Positions 49,286-57,839 of a stretch of DNA of 64,000 bases are shown one piece after another (the first letter of the stretch is position 1; each line of letters starts with the position of its first letter). The notes under the pieces are model-generated. The model did not search any database. It was given only the letters and a program-made list of their open reading frames with translations, and had not been told where the DNA came from. The position numbers and the translations under genes were made by a program. Source of the DNA: a virus (lineage: Duplodnaviria > Heunggongvirae > Uroviricota > Caudoviricetes); the IMG/VR virus record IMGVR_UViG_3300026549_002453; one strand, 5' to 3'.

Positions 49286-49315
49286 TTTTTAAAAATATTA
49301 TGTAGAGGTGTAAAT

Positions 49316-49846
49316 ATGAGAATTGTTGATGTAACAGAAGAAAAAATCATATTTGATAATGATTCTTATATTGAATTCTATCACAAAAGAGAATGTTGTG
49401 AGTGGAATTATGCAGATTTTTCTCAAATAGAGCCCCTTGCTATATCAACAGATTTTGCCTCTCCTATAGAATTTGAATCTGTGGAGTTCTATGGGTTTAG
49501 ATTTGGAAATAAACCTCTTAAGATGTTTTTTATTCCATGTTATACAGAACAAAATGGTTGTTATGGCTATGATTTAGAGATATTATATAAAGATAAAAAT
49601 GGTAATATTTTAAACAAACTTACTACAGAGTGTAACGATGAAAAGAATTGGTGGGCAAAAGAAGCCGAAGAAATGAATACCAAATGTTTCTTAGAGGAAG
49701 TAGAAAAAGTGTGTAAGAAGTGGAATAGGTCTATTGCACATGAAGATTTTCAGGGGGCTTTTCTTATAGAGGCATACAAAGAAGATAATATAGAGTGGCT
49801 TAAAAATGCCAAGACTGCGGTAATAGACAAACCTCCACTGAGTTAA
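49316..49846 (+). CDS. hypothetical protein
   Basis: GAGGTG RBS before ATG 49316; the longer GTG-started ORF runs into the RNA gene. Confidence 0.7.
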   Translation: MRIVDVTEEKIIFDNDSYIEFYHKRECCEWNYADFSQIEPLAISTDFASPIEFESVEFYGFRFGNKPLKMFFIPCYTEQNGCYGYDLEILYKDKNGNILNKLTTECNDEKNWWAKEAEEMNTKCFLEEVEKVCKKWNRSIAHEDFQGAFLIEAYKEDNIEWLKNAKTAVIDKPPLS

Positions 49847-49907
49847 TATACCCCTATATTTCAATGATAGAATATAAGTGCTAACCAAGAAGTAAGGCAC
49901 CGAACAT

Positions 49908-49983
49908 GATGATGTAACTCAGTAGGTAGAGTAACGGCCTTTTAAGCCGTGAGTCGTGAGTTCAAACCTCACCATCATCACCA
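49908..49983 (+). tRNA. tRNA-Lys (UUU)
   Basis: 76-nt cloverleaf; ACGGC-CTTTTAA-GCCGT; TTCAAAC T-loop; CCA. Confidence 0.95.
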
Positions 49984-50062
49984 TATAGGTTCAGAATGGT
50001 TGTTACTTCGAGTATGTCCTGTATACTAGTTGGGAACCTTATTAAAAACCATTGCCTTATAT

Positions 50063-50214
50063 GAAGAACGTAGCTCATTGGTAGAGCGCAGCGGGGTTTC
50101 CGTGGGTTATTCAAGGGATAGGCTCCTACTCAAATTCGGAAAGTGAGATGTTATGAATGAAATAACGCCCTATGGCTGGTCAGTAGCAGGTTCGAATCCT
50201 ATCGTTCTTCACCA
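50063..50214 (+). ncRNA. tRNA-like RNA (152 nt) with CCA end and a ~73-nt insert in the anticodon loop
   Basis: GAAGAACG/CGTTCTTC-A-CCA; D arm GCTC-ATTGGTA-GAGC; CAGC/GCTG; T-loop TTCGAAT. Confidence 0.75.
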
Positions 50215-50321
50215 TAGTAGTAAAATAAACTACTTAATAAATTTCTCCTTTTCAATTTTTCCTTATATAGGTTGATAGGAAGGACGCATCCATACTATCG
50301 TAAAATAGGGTGCTCTAACAT

Positions 50322-50395
50322 AGGCCCTTCGTATAATGGAAGTACATCTGACTTTGACTCAGACAGCCCCTGTTCAACTCAGGGAGGGCCTACCA
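50322..50395 (+). tRNA. tRNA-Gln (UUG)
   Basis: AGGCCCT/AGGGCCT acceptor stem; TCTGA-CTTTGAC-TCAGA; TTCAACT T-loop; CCA. Confidence 0.92.
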
Positions 50396-50779
50396 TACCT
50401 ACTCCTATAGAGGATGGATGAGGGATAGTTATCAACCTCCACGAGGTTTACATTGTTGGTTAATACTAATAGATAACTAAAATAATATTGAATAATATAT
50501 CATAAGGAGGCAACCTATGAGTTGTGAGTATAATCAGTGTGAGTATTGTAAAGATTGTGAATATAGTTATTTAGAAGACGATAAATACTACGTCTGTGAC
50601 CTACGCCTTGAGAAGGATTATATTAATTATATAGTTGACCAAGTATGTCAGGTTACAGTAGGTAGTGCTCATTTTTAAAGAAGTTAAAAGCATTTTATAC
50701 AATACGTAACCCTCATCATATACTGAGGGTTATAATTTTATATAGTAACATTATTTATTAATAAGGAGAGGATACAGTT

Positions 50780-50884
50780 ATGAAAAATTTTTTAGCTTTT
50801 GTGGGTGGTTGTACCATCATAGGAGTAGTAGGGTTAGTTGTCCTATTCCAAAGGCCCAATTATAATGTATGGAGAAGAAATTAG
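50780..50884 (+). CDS. 34-aa single-TM peptide (absent from ORF track)
   Basis: MKNFLAFVGGCTIIGVVGLVVLFQRPNYNVWRRN*; AAGGAG RBS; paralog at 57730. Confidence 0.7.
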   Translation: MKNFLAFVGGCTIIGVVGLVVLFQRPNYNVWRRN

Positions 50885-50885
50885 T

Positions 50886-51242
50886 ATGGCAGTTGATAGT
50901 CGTAACAAAGGAAAGCGGGGAGAACTTGAAGCGGTTCATTATCTTAAAGACAAAGGGTATGACACAGCGAGAAGATCCGTACAATATAGTGGAAAAGGTA
51001 ATGAAGATAGTGCAGATATAGTTGATGCTATTCCTGGAATTCACTTAGAAGTAAAGAGAACCGAAAAATGTAATCCGTACAAATACCTTGAACAGGCTAT
51101 AGAGGATAGTGGGTTAACAGGAAGGGGTGATATTCCTATAGTAATGCATAGACAAAATAGAAAAGAATGGATTGCTATAATGAAAATGGACGACTTAATA
51201 AATATACTAAAGGAGAAATATAAATATGATGCAGATGAATGA
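50886..51242 (+). CDS. Holliday-junction resolvase-like PD-(D/E)xK nuclease
   Basis: SRNKGKRGELEAV...ADIV...IHLEVKRTE. Confidence 0.8.
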   Translation: MAVDSRNKGKRGELEAVHYLKDKGYDTARRSVQYSGKGNEDSADIVDAIPGIHLEVKRTEKCNPYKYLEQAIEDSGLTGRGDIPIVMHRQNRKEWIAIMKMDDLINILKEKYKYDADE

Positions 51243-52134
51243 CTATTTGGAGGGGGATTACCTAAGTTTAATTGATAAGTATATGCCTGACTCAGGAGAA
51301 GGTGAAAATCAGGCAAGTCAGGCGTGCACTGCTATTAATAAACTTACGTACAAATGGTACAATGATGGAGATGTATTTGATAATACTCATTATTTAAGAG
51401 GTTGGTGGAACGACCTAAGTTCCTATGCCAATTGGTTATACAACCATGGTTTAGGAAAAGAAGTATTATCTAGGATTACCCAGATTAAAACTGACAAAGA
51501 GTATGAAGAATTATTGAATGACCTACAAAAAGAAGTTATAACTCCTAGTGTATTAGAACAACTGGAGAAAAAACCTCTCGACGGTTCAATATATTCAGAA
51601 AAAGGAATATTTAGATTCGTAGAAGACTTTGATGATGAGGAGGACGATTGGTAACACTCGTAGTTGACAATGTTAAATAAAGAACAATTTGCAGAATATA
51701 TGCAGGCATTTAAAGCCATGCAGGAAAAAGAGCTGAGTATCTATAACAATACTGATGGTGTGGTAGATTTATTAAATTTACAAGAGTACACAAATCTTAC
51801 AGAACTATACATAACTATGTTGGCTCGTTTACTGGAGTGTAGTGCTGAAGACCTGTGGTACTATAATTCAGAGTGTGCATTACCCAACGAAGTAAAAACA
51901 GTAGTAAAAAATAAAAAGGTCTATACCCTAGATAATTATGACAGCCTGTATGATTGGTTAGTTGCAAAAGATGAAATTTGTGATTGCCTTAGAACTTATT
52001 TTGGTCAAGATGGCCGGTTCTCTCATACAAGATGTGCGGGAACTAAAGAACAGGACTTTTGCGACTGTGACGGAGATAGAGCTAAATGCAATTTCTATTG
52101 GTTTGACAGAGAGGGCCATAGCCATATTAAATAA
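51226..52134 (+). other. two hypothetical CDS (51226-51654, 51670-52134)
   Basis: Co-oriented ORFs. Confidence 0.65.
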
Positions 52135-52161
52135 TTTTCTCTAAAAATCTTAAAATTTTTA

Positions 52162-52191
52162 TTTACAGGTGCCGACTTTTTATGTTATAAT
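52162..52191 (+). promoter_or_regulatory. phage promoter (TTTACA-N18-TATAAT)
   Basis: Consensus match upstream of the RNA ligase. Confidence 0.65.
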
Positions 52192-52335
52192 GATACTATA
52201 AAGGTTGGCATTTGTTTTAAGAAAATGAGGGGTAAAGATTTTATAGAAGAAAAATTAAAGGTAAGTTATAACCCCTGCACGTAAAAATGCTTCACTTTAG
52301 ACGAGTATAGTTATCAATGAATATTTATTAAAGAG

Positions 52336-53451
52336 GTGAGCAGAGTGAATAGAAACTCTTTGATATGTAAATATATACATAGTAATCCAATTACTTGGAA
52401 GAAAGATTTTGAAAACATAAATATACGAATAAAGGAACAGGACAATCTTTGTCTATTTAAATACGGCCTAGAAGCCGACTTTAACAATCCTTTAGTGCGA
52501 GAATCAAGAGGCATAATTATTGACCTTAATACTCTTGAGGTTGTTTGCATAGGATTTAATAAGTTTTTTAACGCACATGAGTCCTATGCAGATAGTATAA
52601 ATTGGGAGAGCATCAGAGTTGAAAATAAGTTAGATGGTTCAATTGTAAAGCTCTTTTACCACAATGAACAATGGAATTGGTCCACCAACGGAACAATCTT
52701 TGCTAAGGACGCTCCGTGTGAAGACCTTATTCATACCACTTATATAGACCTGATTAAGAGTGCAGTTAACTACAAAGACATAGATTATAATGTGTTAGAT
52801 ACAAGTAATACTTATATATTTGAAATTGTTGACCCTATTATGCACCCAGTAAAATATGATGAGGTAAAGCTTTATCATATTGGTACAAGAAGCAATATTA
52901 CCCTAGAAGAGAGCATTACATATATAGGCATAGAACAACCCGAAAGGTATGGGTTAAATTCTCTCGATGAAATTATTTCTTTTGTAGACCACATGAATGA
53001 GAATAAGGTCACTCAAGAAGGAGTAGTTATAGTAGACAATAATTGGCACAGAGTAAAGATAAAAAATATGAATTATTTGCAAATTCACTATTTAAAGGAC
53101 GCTGTCCTATCAAAATCAAGAGTAATAGAACTCTTGCACAATGATGACATCAATCTAGAAGAACTTACTAAGGATTATCCTCAGTATGAGCAAATATTTA
53201 ACTTTTACAGAAATAAAGAGATAGAATTATACTATGATTTACAAACGTATCTTAACTTTGTGAATCAAACGTATATTAATTTTAAGAGAGATAGAAAGAG
53301 AATTGCAGAGGTAATAAAGGATGATAAATACAAGTTTTTTGCTTTTGAATCCATAACTAGAGGGGATAATGCTCTGCAGTTATTGAAAAAATATAGACTT
53401 AAAAATATAAAAAATTATTGTAAACTGTTACCTGACTATAAAAATAGCTAG
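52336..53451 (+). CDS. T4 Rnl1-like RNA ligase
   Basis: RESRGII, KFFN, motif I KLDGS, IFEIV, EGVVI, RVKIKN..Y. Confidence 0.88.
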   Translation: MSRVNRNSLICKYIHSNPITWKKDFENINIRIKEQDNLCLFKYGLEADFNNPLVRESRGIIIDLNTLEVVCIGFNKFFNAHESYADSINWESIRVENKLDGSIVKLFYHNEQWNWSTNGTIFAKDAPCEDLIHTTYIDLIKSAVNYKDIDYNVLDTSNTYIFEIVDPIMHPVKYDEVKLYHIGTRSNITLEESITYIGIEQPERYGLNSLDEIISFVDHMNENKVTQEGVVIVDNNWHRVKIKNMNYLQIHYLKDAVLSKSRVIELLHNDDINLEELTKDYPQYEQIFNFYRNKEIELYYDLQTYLNFVNQTYINFKRDRKRIAEVIKDDKYKFFAFESITRGDNALQLLKKYRLKNIKNYCKLLPDYKNS

Positions 53452-53460
53452 GAGGGAAGT

Positions 53461-54087
53461 ATGCCTAAAAAGAGAAAAGAGTTAGAAAATATATCTTTTG
53501 CTGAATTTGAAAAGATAATCAATCAACTAAAAGACGCCTTTGACTTTGAAGATGATATGTTAGAACTAAGTAGAAAGTATATAAACAAACAAGTACTATT
53601 TGATTATATATCTACTTCTTCTACTTATCTTGCAAGTTCTGTATGGACACTACTTAATAAAGTATTCAATCTTCATGAAGATGACGATTTGTTTAGTTGG
53701 TGGTGCCTTGAATGTGAATTTGGTAATAAATTTAAAGTTGGAGATTTAGAAGATAAGAGTTTAAAGAAAAATCATAAATTTAGACAACCTGATTTAACAA
53801 CAATAGAAGGTCTTTATGATTATGCCGTTTTTTGCAGTAATAAGGTTAAGTAAGTGATGAAAGCTAAAACACTGTTTAAAAAATTAGGTTATACCCAAAT
53901 AGTAAACAAAAATGAAGAAATTTATTATAAAGAAACAAATTACGGGGATGAAGAAAGAATAGTATTTGATATTCTAAACAAAGTGGTATATAAAAAAGTT
54001 TTTATGTTTCCAAGAATAGATTTAGTTAATATATCTGAACAAGAAAAAGTTGCAGTTGGTTTAAGAGTAAAAGAACTTAACTGGTAG
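53461..54087 (+). other. two hypothetical CDS (53461-53853, 53854-54087)
   Basis: Co-oriented ORFs. Confidence 0.6.
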
Positions 54088-54146
54088 GTAAATGACCTTT
54101 TTACAGGAGAAAAATAGTAAAATTAATCTGTTTTCTCCTATTTTTA

Positions 54147-54175
54147 TTTACAAGAAAGAAAAAATATGATATAAT
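54147..54175 (+). promoter_or_regulatory. phage promoter (TTTACA-N17-TATAAT), preceded by an AGGAGAAAA/TTTTCTCCT hairpin
   Basis: Consensus match. Confidence 0.75.
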
Positions 54176-54190
54176 CATTGAAAGGAGCAA

Positions 54191-54799
54191 ATGATGAACT
54201 CAATAGAATTTGGGAAGAAATGTAGACCACTAAACATTCAATATAGGGAATTATTTGATTATGTACCTTGCAGAGGGAATTACAGATGTAGTCAAGAAGA
54301 ATATTTTGATGCATTACAAAAGAGTATATCTCTCGGTAAAGAATTAACTGAGTTTTTAGAACAGTATAGTACAGAAGTTAGAGACGGCATATTTACTTAG
54401 GGGAGAATAATGACACTTGAAGAAATAGATAATCTCATTGAACTTGTTGGCTCAATAAAAAAGATAAAAAGAAAAGATGGAATATGGCCTATATATCCAG
54501 AAGGTTTATATGAAAGTCTATACGAACTTGGTGGAGATATAAATTATATGGAGAACTATAAGCTATCTAAAGATATTCCTTTTGCAAATAAAACTATTGC
54601 TGAATTAAATACTTATTTTATGTGGCTTGTTAGAGGCGAAAGATTTTGTGATGGACTTATCACATGTGAAATAGAGAACAAAAATCTTTTAAGAGCACTT
54701 AAAAGATTTCGTGAATTATTTGTAGAAGAAATTGAGAAAGACTTAGCAAAATGGCATAATAAGATAATCCGTAGTGGTGAAAAGTATGAAAATCTGTAA
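54191..54799 (+). other. two CDS (54191-54400 hypothetical; 54410-54799 DUF6508-like)
   Basis: Second has VRGERFCDGLI...ALKR. Confidence 0.55.
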
Positions 54800-55310
54800 A
54801 CTTGCAACAATGTGGGATAAAGACATAATACGCAGGTGTCTAAATAGCGGAGATGCTGAGTTAGACAGTGAATTTATGGGATTTGAAGAAATCTATTTTA
54901 CTGTTGCTAAACATATTCCTAAAGACTTTACTATTGTTGATTTGGGTTGCTATATGGCCGCTCAAAGCATTATATTTAAGGATTATAAGAAGTATATTGG
55001 AGTAGATTGCTATGATATATCTAACATAGAAGGGTACACTCCACCTATTAGATTTAGTACAGAAAATACAGAGCATTATAGTATGACAATACAAAACTTT
55101 CTTATATCAAATGATATGAAGAAGTTAGACTTAGATAAAACATATTTTATTATGAGTTATGTTCCTGCTCATGAGGTAACTAATCAAGTATTAGAACAGG
55201 TAAAACACGGATTAATATCTTATTGTGGGGAACATAAAATTAAAGGGCTTAACGCAGACAAAATTAAACAAGATTTAGAAGATTGGTATAATGATAAGTC
55301 AAAGTGGTGA
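54786..55310 (+). CDS. possible SAM-dependent methyltransferase-fold protein
   Basis: IVDLGC...YIGVD motif I/II-like. Confidence 0.45.
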   Translation: MKICKLATMWDKDIIRRCLNSGDAELDSEFMGFEEIYFTVAKHIPKDFTIVDLGCYMAAQSIIFKDYKKYIGVDCYDISNIEGYTPPIRFSTENTEHYSMTIQNFLISNDMKKLDLDKTYFIMSYVPAHEVTNQVLEQVKHGLISYCGEHKIKGLNADKIKQDLEDWYNDKSKW

Positions 55311-55316
55311 AGAAAG

Positions 55317-55730
55317 ATGATTACAGAAGATAGACTAAAACACATGTTAGGCGTAGCAAGAAAATGTTACAATATAGCAAAAGAAAGAAAACATTCAGAA
55401 GATTTTTGTAAGAAGATGTGGTTTATTGGTTACACTCACGATATAGGTTACGAGTTTGTAGAGTCAGAAAATCATAGTACAGAAAGTGCAAGTATGTTAG
55501 CCTCATTTGGTTGTACTGATTATAATATTCTTACTGCTGTGAAATCTCATAGTAAGGCGATAAATACACATAATGAAGTGTGGGAAATTCTTACATTGGC
55601 TGATATGCAAGTTGACAGTCAGGGAAACGAAGTAACAATGGAGGAACGACTTGAAGACATAAAATCAAGATATGGAAAAGTATCTAAAGAGTATAAAACA
55701 GCATTAGAAGTTGTAGAGGGAATAGTATGA
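55317..55730 (+). CDS. HD-domain phosphohydrolase
   Basis: RLKHMLGVA...HDIGY...H...LADM. Confidence 0.85.
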   Translation: MITEDRLKHMLGVARKCYNIAKERKHSEDFCKKMWFIGYTHDIGYEFVESENHSTESASMLASFGCTDYNILTAVKSHSKAINTHNEVWEILTLADMQVDSQGNEVTMEERLEDIKSRYGKVSKEYKTALEVVEGIV

Positions 55731-56569
55731 AAAAAATTAATGTGGGATTATACGGCGGAAAAGGTATATTTGGAGGAAAAGAAACTCCTCTAACTGCTAA
55801 AATTATATATTGTGATAAATGTGAATCTTGTGGCTTATATAAAGAAAACAAGTGTTTAAATGTAACTGCACCGTTTTCTGCTTCTTGTAAATATGGTAAA
55901 GTAGAAAGTATTAAGGGATACACTTCCAGGGCAACAAAATATCATGAATTTAGAGAAAGATATAAGACTGATGAATATTATAGTAAGTTAGTTTACCCTA
56001 ATGATTTTTCCTTTGTAGAAATTGGTGATTATTATGTGATTAATATTGCTCATACTCAAATACGTTGGGACGACGGTAATGGTCCATATAGTTATAGAGC
56101 GGGCTGGGATATAGATGTTCCTTTTATGGGTACAAGTGTTTCTTTTATCCCTAAAGATGATTTTACTTTAGATTTATTGAATAGAATAGTTAACTTTACT
56201 CCGAGGTCTTTAAACGGAGGTAACCTAAGAGATACTAAATCTGTGAATAATTTCTTAGTAGAAGTAAGTAAAAACTTACCTGATTTATATAATGAATTTA
56301 TTAAAGATAATCCAGAATATAGTAATATAAAAACAGATTATGTAGGTAGAAAAGCGTACATAAATACCATAACAAATAACAGTGAATTAATTGACTCGCA
56401 TAAAAATAAATTTATACTAAAAGATGGTTATCTTTATTGTGATAACTATAAATCAAGCTTCCTGCCTTTTAATTCTAAAGTAGGAGAATTGAAAATTAAA
56501 GTAACAGATGATATGACATATACTATTACAGATAACAGTCAAGTTAATTCTAGTACAAAATTCATTTAG
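55727..56569 (+). CDS. hypothetical phage protein (N-terminal Cys cluster)
   Basis: 280-aa ORF; CDKCESC. Confidence 0.75.
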   Translation: MKKINVGLYGGKGIFGGKETPLTAKIIYCDKCESCGLYKENKCLNVTAPFSASCKYGKVESIKGYTSRATKYHEFRERYKTDEYYSKLVYPNDFSFVEIGDYYVINIAHTQIRWDDGNGPYSYRAGWDIDVPFMGTSVSFIPKDDFTLDLLNRIVNFTPRSLNGGNLRDTKSVNNFLVEVSKNLPDLYNEFIKDNPEYSNIKTDYVGRKAYINTITNNSELIDSHKNKFILKDGYLYCDNYKSSFLPFNSKVGELKIKVTDDMTYTITDNSQVNSSTKFI

Positions 56570-56590
56570 TCTTAAAATGGAGGAAAATCA

Positions 56591-57682
56591 ATGAGAAAAT
56601 TAGCAAGTATACAAATAATTAAAGATATTCGACCAATTCCAGATGCAGATAGAATAGAAGTTGCAACAATATTAGGATGGAAAGTAGTTGTAGAAAAAGG
56701 GAGATATTCTACCGGTCAAAAAGTGGTCTATTTTGAAATAGATAGTTTTTTGCCTTGTGTGGAAGAGTATGAATTTTTAAGAACATCAAGCCATGTAAAT
56801 AGTCCAATATTAGGTGAAGGCTTTAGATTAAAAACTCGTCGCTTAAAAGGAGTTTATAGTCAAGGACTTATCTTACCTATTAAAGTATGTTTTAAGGATT
56901 GTATGCCTTTATCTGAACTTGAAGAAGGTGAGGATGTTACAGAAATACTAAATATCAAAAAGTGGCAAGAACCAGAAAATGCAGTTATAGGTGGAAATCC
57001 TATTGGTAGACGACCTAATTTTATAAAGAAAACACACGAAGAAAGAATACAAAACTTTCCAAAGTTATTAGAAGAATTTTATGCTTGTGAATATGTTTAT
57101 GCTACAACTAAGATTGATGGAAGTTCTCACTCTATAGCGATTGATAGAGATAATAAATTCCGTGCTACTTCTCACAATATGGAATTACGAGATGAGGGAA
57201 GAAAAGGAAGTTTCTATGAATTTTGTAAAGAAAACAATTTGGAAGAAAAATTAAGAGCAGTAAAAGAAAAATACAACGCAAATGAGATAGTAGTACAAGG
57301 TGAGTATTATGGACCAGGAATTCAAAAAAATAAACTCGGTATGAAAAAACCTGCTTGGAGAATATTTACAGTAGATATAAACGGAGAAAGACAGGATTTA
57401 GATACAAGTAAAAATATAGCAGAAAAACTTTTTAATAAAGATAATTATTATGTTATTGCATTCGTTCCTATTGTTTGGTATGGCACGGGAGAAGAATTTA
57501 AGAAAGAGTTTCCTAATACAGAAACACTATTAAAAGCAGTAGAGGGGGATAGAGCAGAAGTATATACAAATCATCAAAATGAGGGGTGGGTTATTAGACC
57601 AACAGTTCCAAGATACTCATATACTATTCAAGGTGATTTGAGCATGAAGGTCATAAATAACAAGTATCTTCTAAAAGAGTAG
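56591..57682 (+). CDS. RNA ligase, DRB0094 family (N-terminal OB fold)
   Basis: MRKLASIQ...IPDADRIE, YFEIDS, TKIDGSS, VQGEYYGPGIQKN, EGWVIR, KVINNKYLLKE. Confidence 0.9.
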   Translation: MRKLASIQIIKDIRPIPDADRIEVATILGWKVVVEKGRYSTGQKVVYFEIDSFLPCVEEYEFLRTSSHVNSPILGEGFRLKTRRLKGVYSQGLILPIKVCFKDCMPLSELEEGEDVTEILNIKKWQEPENAVIGGNPIGRRPNFIKKTHEERIQNFPKLLEEFYACEYVYATTKIDGSSHSIAIDRDNKFRATSHNMELRDEGRKGSFYEFCKENNLEEKLRAVKEKYNANEIVVQGEYYGPGIQKNKLGMKKPAWRIFTVDINGERQDLDTSKNIAEKLFNKDNYYVIAFVPIVWYGTGEEFKKEFPNTETLLKAVEGDRAEVYTNHQNEGWVIRPTVPRYSYTIQGDLSMKVINNKYLLKE

Positions 57683-57711
57683 TTTACAATGTTGAACATG
57701 TGTGATATAAT
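57683..57711 (+). promoter_or_regulatory. phage promoter (TTTACA-N17-TATAAT)
   Basis: Consensus match. Confidence 0.75.
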
Positions 57712-57729
57712 TAAAAAGAGGTAGTGTAT

Positions 57730-57837
57730 ATGAAAAACTTTTTAGCAACAATAGGGGCAATTGCTCTTATAACTGGTGTAGGTCTTTTAGTATACTCTGC
57801 TAATAGGCCTAATTATAGTTTGTGGAGGAGAGGATAA
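57730..57837 (+). CDS. 35-aa single-TM peptide (absent from ORF track)
   Basis: MKNFLATIGAIALITGVGLLVYSANRPNYSLWRRG*; GAGGT RBS; first gene after the promoter. Confidence 0.7.
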   Translation: MKNFLATIGAIALITGVGLLVYSANRPNYSLWRRG

Positions 57838-57839
57838 GC

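Noticed and set aside
50093-50174. Canonical archaeal-type BHB intron
   Set aside because: Only a partial BHB geometry; simulated cleavage leaves a 4-bp stem with a non-canonical loop, and no splicing endonuclease is recognisable.
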